Source: an uncultured delta proteobacterium (GTDB taxonomy: Bacteria > Myxococcota > Myxococcia > Myxococcales > Anaeromyxobacteraceae). From it: a DNA stretch of 64,000 nt. How positions within the stretch are numbered: position 1 is the first letter of the stretch; every line of letters starts with the position of its first letter. Below, one piece after another: positions 24,655 to 32,732 of this stretch. The DNA lies in contig CAWJSR010000002.1 of assembly GCA_963845515.1 (NCBI GenBank), forward strand, positions 144,555-208,554, written 5' to 3'. The translations under genes and the position numbers were made by a program. The notes below the pieces were generated by a model. That model saw nothing but the letters and a program-made list of their open reading frames with translations. It was not told the origin of the DNA and did not search any database.

Positions 24655-25713
24655 CTAGATCCGCATCCCTTCGATCCGCGCTTCGTCGCGCGCCGGCTCG
24701 ATCTCCAGGAGCTCGACCCGGTCGCCTTCGCGCCACTCGACGACGGCGCGCGGCTCGTCCTTGGCCTTCCCGTACCTGGCCACGATGGAGGCAGCGAGCT
24801 GCCGGTCCTCCGGGGAGGGCGCCCCCTCGACGAGCGCGACGGGTCCCGTGACCCCGGGGGCCTCCAGCCGCGCGCGCCCCTCAGCGTGGTGCTCGAGCAG
24901 GGCGTTCTCCATCTCGTTCCGCCCGACGATGAGCTTCGCGCGGGGCGACAGCCGGAAGTGGCGCCCGACGGTGAGGAGGATGACCTCGTCCTTGGTGATC
25001 CGCCGCCCCTCGCCCGCAGCCTCGCGCGCGGAGAGGAGGTCGAAGAACTTCCTCGAGAAGCTCTCGTCGGTGAGGAAGCAGCAGCCGCCGGCGGGCTGTG
25101 GCCAGTCGGTCAGCCCGATCTCTGCGGCGAGCGCGATCTGGCGCTGGCGCCCGCGGCCGCTGAGGTCGAGGAGCCGCTCGCGATCGACGAGCCCCGCCTC
25201 CTCGGCGATGGTGGGCTTCAGCAGCTTCGCCGACAGCGGCCGGAGCAGGCGGCCGTCCATCCTGCTCTCGCGCTCGATGATCCGGAGGGTGTCGCGCCGC
25301 TGCGACTTGGGGCGCTGGCCGAGCACCTCGCCGGTGAAGACGAAGTCGGCGCCCTCGCGCTCCATGATCTCCTTCGCCTTGCGCATCATGAAGATGCGGC
25401 AGTCGACGCAGGGGTTCGCGTTGGCGCCGTACCCGAAGCGGGGGTTCAGGACCATCTCGAGGTACTCGGGGCCCGAGATGTCTACCAGCTCGACGTCGGA
25501 CTCGAGGTCGGCCGCAGCGCGGAGCGCCTCGTTGCGCGGCATGCTCCCGTCCGCCCGGCCTCCCCTGCGCCGCTGGGTCTCAGCGATGCAGAAGCCAGTG
25601 TAGAAGGTGACCGCCTTGACCTCGACTCCCTGCTGCTGCACCAGCGCCAGCGCGAGCGTCGAGTCGAGCCCGCCGGAGATGAGGCCGATCGCCTTTGCCT
25701 TCTTTGTCGTCAC
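24655..25713 (-). CDS. PP-loop tRNA sulfurtransferase-like protein (ThiI/MnmA-like, no THUMP domain)
   Basis: SGGLDS PP-loop; NPCVDC; TGEVLGQRP.SQ; PAGGCC. Confidence 0.8.
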   Translation of the reverse strand: MTTKKAKAIGLISGGLDSTLALALVQQQGVEVKAVTFYTGFCIAETQRRRGGRADGSMPRNEALRAAADLESDVELVDISGPEYLEMVLNPRFGYGANANPCVDCRIFMMRKAKEIMEREGADFVFTGEVLGQRPKSQRRDTLRIIERESRMDGRLLRPLSAKLLKPTIAEEAGLVDRERLLDLSGRGRQRQIALAAEIGLTDWPQPAGGCCFLTDESFSRKFFDLLSAREAAGEGRRITKDEVILLTVGRHFRLSPRAKLIVGRNEMENALLEHHAEGRARLEAPGVTGPVALVEGAPSPEDRQLAASIVARYGKAKDEPRAVVEWREGDRVELLEIEPARDEARIEGMRI

Positions 25714-25728
25714 GAGGCGGGATCTACC

Positions 25729-25980
25729 TCAGCGCGCCAGCTTGCGCACCCAGGAGCGCCACTTTCCGCCCTCCTCGAAGGTGGCAAGGTGCTCGTTCCG
25801 GGTCGCCTTGCACCACATCGGCATGTCGAGCGCGATGCCCGGATCCGTCGCGACCACCAGCAGGACCGCGCCGTCGGGGAGCCCCTTGATCACCCGCGCG
25901 GTCTCGACGATCGGGTACGGGCAGAGCCGTCCTGAGGTGTCGAGCGTGAGCGCCGGTTCGGGGAGCGTGGCAGAGCGCAT
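25729..25980 (-). CDS. tusA: TusA/SirA-family sulfur carrier
   Basis: LDTSGRLCPYP; ATDPG..D...WC. Confidence 0.85.
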   Translation of the reverse strand: MRSATLPEPALTLDTSGRLCPYPIVETARVIKGLPDGAVLLVVATDPGIALDMPMWCKATRNEHLATFEEGGKWRSWVRKLAR

Positions 25981-26024
25981 GGCGCACCGTTGTTAACCCC
26001 ACGCCGCGCGCGGTTCAACGCCCC

Positions 26025-26579
26025 GTGGACCCTTGCCCGGGGTCCGACCCGAGGGTAGGCTCCCCGTCCGTGCCAGCCACAGCCCCCCCGAAGCGCCAGC
26101 ACCTGGCGCCGATCCTCCTCGTCGCCGCCGCGTTCTCCATGGCGGGCACCGCCAGCGCGGTCGAGCCTCCCACCGGGCTCGTCGTCAGCGCGGGTATCGG
26201 CGGTGGGGCGGAGCTGGGGCTCGGCGACCGGAAGGCCGGCGTGGCCGAGGCGGAGGTCTCGGCAGGCTGGGAGCACGCGCCCACCGGGCTCCGCCCCGAG
26301 CTCGCCCTCGGGATCGGCATGGCGCCTGACGGCCACATCGCGATCCGTCCCGGCGTGCGCTACGTCTCCGCCGACGCACCCATCCAGCTCCGCATCGCCG
26401 TCGACTGGTCCAACGCGCGCGAGGAGAAGCGCTGGCGCTGGATCCTGATCGGCGGCGCCGCCGAGCTCCGCTGGACGAGCGCCTTCTCGCTCTTCGGTGG
26501 GCTCGACCTCGGCATACCGCTCGGCGCCGAGTCCGGCATGCCACTGCTCGTTCGTGGCGGCGCCGCCTTCCGCTTCTGA
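26025..26579 (+). CDS. Hypothetical exported small beta-barrel-like protein (start uncertain)
   Basis: Signal-like segment, alternating beta pattern, C-terminal AFRF. Confidence 0.5.
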   Translation: MDPCPGSDPRVGSPSVPATAPPKRQHLAPILLVAAAFSMAGTASAVEPPTGLVVSAGIGGGAELGLGDRKAGVAEAEVSAGWEHAPTGLRPELALGIGMAPDGHIAIRPGVRYVSADAPIQLRIAVDWSNAREEKRWRWILIGGAAELRWTSAFSLFGGLDLGIPLGAESGMPLLVRGGAAFRF

Positions 26580-26604
26580 GCCCTCGCTTCCGCTGGAGGT
26601 CAAC

Positions 26605-27660
26605 GTGACGCGTCCCATCCTCCTGGCTGCCCTCGTCGCCGCGCTCCCCGCGGTCGCCCAGGAGCTTCCTCCGCCGCCCCCGCCTCCGACGGACGACCTC
26701 CCGTCCGACTACACGCGCCGCCCGGAGCCGGTCGACGTCGGAACGCCGCCGCGGACCGGCGACGGCCGGGAGGCGCGGCCGGGCGAACGCTCCTACGACC
26801 GCCGGACCCCGACCGAGATCGCCCAGCGCAAGGTCAAGTACGTCAAGGGCACCATCGGCGAGGGGCCGGTGGCGCCGGCGGGCGCCCAGACCGCCAACCT
26901 CCACCCGGACGAGGAGATCGGCCACTGGCGCTTCGCGCTAGCCAGCGGCGTGATCGGGCGCTGGGGCGGCGATCTCGTCGACCCGCCGTCGGCCAACTCC
27001 ACGGCGATGCTCTACTTCGGCGGCCAGGCAGACGGCGTCTGGACCGAGGGCTACGGGCGCGGCGCGCGCCTCCGGCTGCGGATGATGACCGGCGGCGAGA
27101 ACGTGATCTTCGTCCCCTCCGACGGCGACGTCGAGGCCGCCTTCATGCTCGGGCGCCGCGAGTTCCGCTTCGTCGCCGGCCGCGTCGAGGCGGCGCGCCA
27201 CACCGCGCTCGGGATCCAGGCGCTCCTCCAGGCGGCCACCTTCCCCAGCGTCGAGGGGTCGGTCTCCTTCCGCGGCGACCGGATGCGCGTCAGCTACTTC
27301 GCCGCGCCGGTCGAGGCGGCCTGGACCTACTACCGGGCCGACAACCACCTCCACCGCGGCGACGCGACGCCGCAGGAGCACGCGAACGTCTACCCGGCCA
27401 CTGCAGCGCGCATCCGCTTCACGGGGGTGGCGCCGCCCTCCGTGCTGCTCTCGCTCCAGGGCGACTTCCTCAAGATGTGGGGCGTACCCGACATGCTCGT
27501 GTCGGTCGAGGGCAGCGCCGGCTTTGCCGCCCTCGAGAACACCGTCCTCTTCAACGTGGCCCTCCGCTGGGACCACTCCACCCTCCGCGACGCCGGGAAG
27601 GACTCCAGCCACACCTACGATCAGATGCTCGGGATGATCATCGCGAGCCTGCTGTTGTAG
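26605..27660 (+). CDS. Hypothetical exported protein, probable beta-barrel
   Basis: SD GGAGG before GTG 26605; signal peptide AVA-Q; Pro-rich N-terminus; strong GC3 bias. Confidence 0.6.
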   Translation: MTRPILLAALVAALPAVAQELPPPPPPPTDDLPSDYTRRPEPVDVGTPPRTGDGREARPGERSYDRRTPTEIAQRKVKYVKGTIGEGPVAPAGAQTANLHPDEEIGHWRFALASGVIGRWGGDLVDPPSANSTAMLYFGGQADGVWTEGYGRGARLRLRMMTGGENVIFVPSDGDVEAAFMLGRREFRFVAGRVEAARHTALGIQALLQAATFPSVEGSVSFRGDRMRVSYFAAPVEAAWTYYRADNHLHRGDATPQEHANVYPATAARIRFTGVAPPSVLLSLQGDFLKMWGVPDMLVSVEGSAGFAALENTVLFNVALRWDHSTLRDAGKDSSHTYDQMLGMIIASLLL

Positions 27661-27708
27661 TTGTTGGATGACGGAGCCTGCGCAGTCACGACAAGGAGCC
27701 TCGCACTC

Positions 27709-29679
27709 ATGAAGAAGAACGTAAGCTGGGTCATCGCCCTGATAGTCGGCTTCGCCGGCGGATACTTCCTCTCCGGCAAGTCCGGAGGACCGAGCATCCG
27801 CCAGGCCCTCCGCCCTGCCGCCCAGCAGCAGGGGCAGCGCCCGTCCCGTCCGCAGGAGGACCCGAACGCGGTCTACCGCGTGCCCGTGGATGGCTCGGTC
27901 GCGAAGGGGCCGGCCGATGCCCTCGTCACCATCGTCGAGTCGAGCGACTTCGAGTGCCCGTACTGCAAGAAGGCGGCGCCGACGCTGAAGCAGGTCGAGG
28001 AGGCGTACGCCGGCAAGATCCGGCTCGTCTTCAAGCACAACCCGCTGCCGATGCACCAGAACGCGATCCCCGCCGCCAACGCCGCCGAGGCGGCCGGAGC
28101 GCAGGGCAAGTTCTGGCAGATGCACGACAAGCTCTTCACCAGCCCGTCGCTCGACCGTCCGTCCCTGGAGGGGGCGGCGAAGGAGCTGGGGCTGGATCTC
28201 GCGGCCTTCCGCGCCGCACTCGACGGCCAGCGCTTCGCCGACCGGATCCGGCGCGACCAGGAGCTGGTCCGCGGCGTCGGCGCCGGCGGCACCCCCACCT
28301 TCTTCATCAACGGCCGGAAGGTCGTCGGCGCGCAGCCCTTCGAGCGGTTCAAGGCGATCATCGACGCCGAGCTCGCCAAGGCCCAGGCGGTGGTCTCGGC
28401 CGGCACGCCCGCCGCGCAGGTCTACGAGAAGATCATGGCGACGGCCTCGGCGCAGCCGGTCTTCCTGCCGGGCGCAGCGCCGTCGCCCGCCGACGCCGGC
28501 GCGCGGCCGCAGCAGCCCTCCGCGCCCCCGCCCCCGCCGCCGCAGGTCTTCAAGAAGATCGATCTCCGCCCCGACGACCCGGCGCGTGGTCCGGCCAACG
28601 CCAAGGTGACGCTCGTCCTCTTCTCCGACTTCCAGTGCCCGTTCTGCTCGAAGGTCGAGCCGACGATCGCGCAGGTGGAGCAGGAGGCCAAGGGTGACCT
28701 ACGGGTCGTCTGGAAGCACCGGCCGCTGCCGATGCACCCGAACGCACGTGGCGCCGCCGCGGCCGCGGAGGCCGCCCGCGCCCAGGGCAAGTTCTGGCAG
28801 ATGCACGGCAAGCTCTTCGAGAACCAGCAGCAGCTCGGCGGGGAGCTCTACGAGCGGCTCGCCCGCGAGCTGGGGCTCAACGCGGCGAGGTTCAAGGCCG
28901 CGCTCGCCGATCCGAAGGTCGCCGCCCGCATCGACGCCGACGACAAGCAGGCGGTCGAGGTGGGGGCCGGCGGAACGCCGACCATGTTCCTCAACTGCAG
29001 GCAGGTGGTCGGCGCGCTGCCGCCCGATCGGCTCCGCCCGATCTTCCAGGAGGAGCTGGCCAAGGCCGAACGGCTGCTCGCCGCGGGCGTGAAGCCCGGC
29101 CCCGCCCTCTACGCCAGGGCCTGCGAGGAGAACGTGAAGCTCGCGGCCGCCGGCCCGAAGCTCGACGTCCGTCCGGACGACCCGATCCGCGGCAACAAGG
29201 CGGCCCCCGTCACGATCGTCCTCTTCTCCGACTTCCAGTGCCCGTTCTGCGCGAAGGTCGGGCCGACGCTGAAGCAGGTCCTCGCGACGTACGGCGACAA
29301 GGTCCGCGTCACCTGGAAGCACCAGCCGCTGGGCTTCCACCCGAACGCCATGCCGGCGGCCGAGGCGGCCGAGGCGGCGCGCGAGCAGGGCAAGTTCTGG
29401 GAGATGCACGACGCGCTGTTCCAGAACCAGCAGGCGCTCTCGCCCGAGACCTACGAGCGGCTGGCGCGCCAGGTCGGGCTCAACGTGAGCGCCTTCAAGG
29501 CGTCGATCGCGTCCGGGAAGAACCGCGCCCGCATCGCCGAGGATCAGCAGCTCGCCGGCCGCATCGGCGCGACCGGAACGCCGACGATGTTCGTCAACGG
29601 CGAGAAGGTCGAAGGGGCGGTGCCGTTCGAGTCGATCAAGCCGGTGATCGATCGGGCGCTCGCCAGCGCGAAGAAGTAG
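27709..29679 (+). CDS. Three-domain DsbA/Thioredoxin_4 oxidoreductase
   Basis: Three repeats of SDF(E/Q)CP(Y/F)C...GTPT.F.N; N-terminal anchor; SD AAGGAG. Confidence 0.9.
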   Translation: MKKNVSWVIALIVGFAGGYFLSGKSGGPSIRQALRPAAQQQGQRPSRPQEDPNAVYRVPVDGSVAKGPADALVTIVESSDFECPYCKKAAPTLKQVEEAYAGKIRLVFKHNPLPMHQNAIPAANAAEAAGAQGKFWQMHDKLFTSPSLDRPSLEGAAKELGLDLAAFRAALDGQRFADRIRRDQELVRGVGAGGTPTFFINGRKVVGAQPFERFKAIIDAELAKAQAVVSAGTPAAQVYEKIMATASAQPVFLPGAAPSPADAGARPQQPSAPPPPPPQVFKKIDLRPDDPARGPANAKVTLVLFSDFQCPFCSKVEPTIAQVEQEAKGDLRVVWKHRPLPMHPNARGAAAAAEAARAQGKFWQMHGKLFENQQQLGGELYERLARELGLNAARFKAALADPKVAARIDADDKQAVEVGAGGTPTMFLNCRQVVGALPPDRLRPIFQEELAKAERLLAAGVKPGPALYARACEENVKLAAAGPKLDVRPDDPIRGNKAAPVTIVLFSDFQCPFCAKVGPTLKQVLATYGDKVRVTWKHQPLGFHPNAMPAAEAAEAAREQGKFWEMHDALFQNQQALSPETYERLARQVGLNVSAFKASIASGKNRARIAEDQQLAGRIGATGTPTMFVNGEKVEGAVPFESIKPVIDRALASAKK

Positions 29680-29693
29680 CGGCGCGGGTCGCT

Positions 29694-29739
29694 CCCCCTG
29701 AACCCCTGCCCTCCCCCCAGCTCTTGGGGGGAGGGTTTT
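29694..29739 (+). terminator. Intrinsic terminator formed by a REP/BoxC-like copy
   Basis: CCCTCCCCCCA-gctct-TGGGGGGAGGG followed by TTTT. Confidence 0.7.
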
Positions 29740-29811
29740 CGTCATGTGCCCTGCATGAGGGATCCCGCGCGAGCGGCAAGGCTCCTGCCACGAGCGAGGC
29801 GCTGGCTATGA

Positions 29812-29858
29812 GCCATTATTCTGGCGTCCTGAAAGCCATGCCGCTATAATAACGGCAT
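29812..29858 (+). promoter_or_regulatory. hipBA promoter/operator: TATAAT enclosed in an ATGCCG..CGGCAT inverted repeat, plus an upstream GCCA..TGGC site
   Basis: TATAAT 29845-29850; inverted repeat arms 29838-29843 and 29853-29858. Confidence 0.6.
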
Positions 29859-29859
29859 C

Positions 29860-30357
29860 GTGGCAAAGAAGACCGCCCCTCTGCTCCCGTCTACCGGCGA
29901 CCTGCTGCGCCAGCTCGGCGACCGGCTGCGGCTGGCCCGGCTGCGTCGGCGCCTCTCCGCCAAGCAGGTTGCCGAGCGCGCCGGCATGGCGCCAATGACC
30001 CTGCGCAGCCTGGAGCGTGGCGGATCAGGCGTGACCATCGGGGCATACCTGTCCGTCATGCAAGTACTTGGCGTCGAGAAGGATCTCGAGCTGCTTGCCC
30101 GGGCAGACCCCGTCGGCCGTGCTCTGCAGGACGCCCGTTTGCCGGGACGAGGCAATGCGACCGCGCGAGCTCACCTTCCTTCGGCCCCGAATCCGGCGCC
30201 GCGCGCGCGGCCGACGAAGCCACATGAGGTCGCCCCTCAGCCGCGCAAGCGCACCGAAGACGCGAAGGAGTGGATCGAAGAGGGCGGCTTTGCCAGCTCC
30301 GAGGCGCTGGCCCGATTGATAGCCCCCGCTGCGCCAGCGGCGAAGAAGAGGCGCTGA
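29860..30357 (+). CDS. XRE-family HTH antitoxin (HipB-like)
   Basis: [18 protein letters not shown]....TLRSLERG; directly upstream of the hipA-like gene. Confidence 0.8.
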   Translation: MAKKTAPLLPSTGDLLRQLGDRLRLARLRRRLSAKQVAERAGMAPMTLRSLERGGSGVTIGAYLSVMQVLGVEKDLELLARADPVGRALQDARLPGRGNATARAHLPSAPNPAPRARPTKPHEVAPQPRKRTEDAKEWIEEGGFASSEALARLIAPAAPAAKKRR

Positions 30358-30361
30358 GCGC

Positions 30362-31648
30362 ATGGCCGTCACCATCGCCGTCTACGCCGATTGGGACGGG
30401 CTGCCCGCCCCGCTTCGCCTGGGCTTGCTGCACGCTCGCCCAGGCGCCGGACGCGAGCTCTTCGAGTTCGAATTCGACGCGGCTGCGCTCGCCCACCCGG
30501 CGGTGGCGAGCCTGAGCCTCGACCCACGGCTTGGACTCTTCGAGGGGCTTCAGCATCCTGCGCAGGGCACCGAGACGTTCGGCGTCTTCGCCGACGCCAG
30601 CCCCGACCGCTGGGGGCGGATGCTGATGCGCCGCCGGCTGGAGCGCGCGCAGCGCGCTGGGCACCTGGGCAAGGCGGTCCGCCTTCACGAGTCCGACTAC
30701 CTGCTGGGCGTGCATGACGCCTTCCGCGTCGGCGCGCTGCGCTTCCGGCTCGATGACGCCGGCGCCTTTCTGGACGACCAGCATGGCGCGGCGGCACCGC
30801 CGTTCGTGCAGCTACGGGAGCTGGAGGCAGCGAGCCTCGCGCTGGAGCGGGACGAAGACAACACTGCCGCCGCTGGCGACGAATGGCTGCGCCTGCTGAT
30901 CGCACCCGGTGGTTCGCTCGGCGGGGCGCGCCCGAAGGCCAGCGTGGTCGACCCCAACGAGCACCTGTGGATCGCCAAGTTTCCGAGCCCTCGGGACGAG
31001 CACGACGTGGGAGCGTGGGAGCTGGTGGTGCACACGCTGGCCCGCGGCTGCGGACTGCGAGTGCCCGAAGGCCTTGCGCGCCGCTTCGCGAGCCGGCGTC
31101 ACACCTTCCTCGTGAAGCGCTTCGACCGCACGCCTGCCGGTCGTCGGCTGCACTTCGCGTCTGCGATGACACTCACCGGCCGTCGGGATGGCGACGACGC
31201 GTCGACGGGGGCGAGCTATCTGGAGCTCGCTCGCGTGCTGATCGAACACGGCGCGCGGACCGACGCGGATCTGCGCGAGCTCTGGTCGCGCATCGTGTTC
31301 AACCTGCTCGTGTCCAACACCGACGACCACCTGCGCAACCACGGGTTCATCTTCGTGCCCGGCAAGGGTTGGCGCCTGTCCGAGGCGTACGACATGAACC
31401 CCGTGCCCGAGTCCCACGGCCTGAGGCTGAACATCAGCGAAGACGACAACGCCATGGAGCTCGAGCTGGCCCGCTCGGTCGCGCCGTACTTCCGCGTCGC
31501 CGCGAGCACCGCGAACGAGGTCATCGCGAGCGGCCAGTCGGTCGTGAGCAGGTGGCGCGAGCTCGCCGACCGGCTTGGCGTTCCAGCGCGAGAGCAGGAG
31601 CGCATGAGCTCGGCATTCCGGCTCGCTCTTGGGACCACCTCTACCTGA
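30362..31648 (+). CDS. hipA: HipA-family toxin kinase
   Basis: GSLGGARPK, IAKFPS, VKRFDR, NTDDHLRNHGF, YDMNP. Confidence 0.9.
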   Translation: MAVTIAVYADWDGLPAPLRLGLLHARPGAGRELFEFEFDAAALAHPAVASLSLDPRLGLFEGLQHPAQGTETFGVFADASPDRWGRMLMRRRLERAQRAGHLGKAVRLHESDYLLGVHDAFRVGALRFRLDDAGAFLDDQHGAAAPPFVQLRELEAASLALERDEDNTAAAGDEWLRLLIAPGGSLGGARPKASVVDPNEHLWIAKFPSPRDEHDVGAWELVVHTLARGCGLRVPEGLARRFASRRHTFLVKRFDRTPAGRRLHFASAMTLTGRRDGDDASTGASYLELARVLIEHGARTDADLRELWSRIVFNLLVSNTDDHLRNHGFIFVPGKGWRLSEAYDMNPVPESHGLRLNISEDDNAMELELARSVAPYFRVAASTANEVIASGQSVVSRWRELADRLGVPAREQERMSSAFRLALGTTST

Positions 31649-31665
31649 TGCCCGCACAACATGCG

Positions 31666-31697
31666 AAGGGGCCCCGGGTCGAAGACCCGGAGCCCCT
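31666..31697 (-). terminator. Hairpin between convergent hipA and lipoprotein genes
   Basis: 14-bp stem with 3-nt loop; fully paired on the minus strand with one G-U. Confidence 0.6.
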
Positions 31698-31719
31698 CGT
31701 TGATCGAGCGTCAGAACGG

Positions 31720-32589
31720 TCAGGGCACCCAGGTGCCTGCCGGTGGCGTCGCGCAATAGGACTGAGCGTCCGGCGCCGTCCAGCTCGCGGTGTAGTAGTA
31801 CTCGTCGAGGTAACCGCCGGGGATCGTGATGCCGGTCATATCGTAGGTGCTCGAGTAGTGGCAGTGGCCGGAGACTGCACCGGCCGTCGAGCAGGTCCCG
31901 ACAGCCGCGGTTCCGCCAGCCGAGGTGCACGACGACTGGAGGCTGCTGCTCTGGGTCGGGGTCATGACCCCCGTCACCTGATCGCAGATGATGCCGGACC
32001 AGAGGCAACGGATGGTCGTGGTCGCGCCACCGCCGGTGCAAGCGGTGGTGTTGAAGCTCAGGCAGTTGCCCGCGCACGCGAGCGTGCCGCCCGTGAAGCC
32101 CCGCGAGACGCAGGTCTGGCCGTCCAGGTTGGCGCCGTCGCAGACCTCGGCGCCAGAGACGGTGCCGTCACCGCACGTGGCCGTCGAGCCGCCGAGCCAG
32201 GTCCCGCCGATGGCGGTGCAGTCGCCGTCCGCGGTCGTCCCGTCCCAGGCGGCCGTGTAGTAGTAGCCCTGCATCGTCGCGCCCGGAACCGTCGTGCCGA
32301 GCAGCCCCGCCATCGCCCCGTTCGGGATGGCGCAGTAGCCGGTAACGCTGTTCGCGGTCGAGCAGGTGCCGGACTGCGTGAAGGTCCCTCCGGAGTCCGT
32401 GCAGGCAGTCTGCATGGTCAGCAGGTCGGGCGCCGTGAACGTGCCGCCGGAGGCCACGAAGCAGGAGTCGGAGGTGAAGAGGCACGTCGGACCTGTCGCA
32501 GGACCGCCGCCACCACCGCCAGAGGAGCCGCCGCAGCCGGCCGCAAGGATGAGGATGGAGAAGGAGAAGGGAAGAAGGATTCTGCGCAT
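31720..32589 (-). CDS. Cys/Thr/Gly-rich lipoprotein with a myxobacterial-type cysteine-rich repeat
   Basis: Lipobox AAGC; central CGDG.V...EVCDG.NL.G.TC repeat; two similar flanking domains. Confidence 0.7.
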   Translation of the reverse strand: MRRILLPFSFSILILAAGCGGSSGGGGGGPATGPTCLFTSDSCFVASGGTFTAPDLLTMQTACTDSGGTFTQSGTCSTANSVTGYCAIPNGAMAGLLGTTVPGATMQGYYYTAAWDGTTADGDCTAIGGTWLGGSTATCGDGTVSGAEVCDGANLDGQTCVSRGFTGGTLACAGNCLSFNTTACTGGGATTTIRCLWSGIICDQVTGVMTPTQSSSLQSSCTSAGGTAAVGTCSTAGAVSGHCHYSSTYDMTGITIPGGYLDEYYYTASWTAPDAQSYCATPPAGTWVP

Positions 32590-32732
32590 GTAGCCCCCAA
32601 GAAGCGATTGGTGAGAGACGGAAGCCCAGCCTACCCAATCCGTGTCGACCCCATGAAGGTCGCCCTCCATGCGGGGCTGTAGGTCGATGGCCTACGAGGT
32701 GATGTCGCTGGTGTCCGCGAGCGAGTGGCGCC

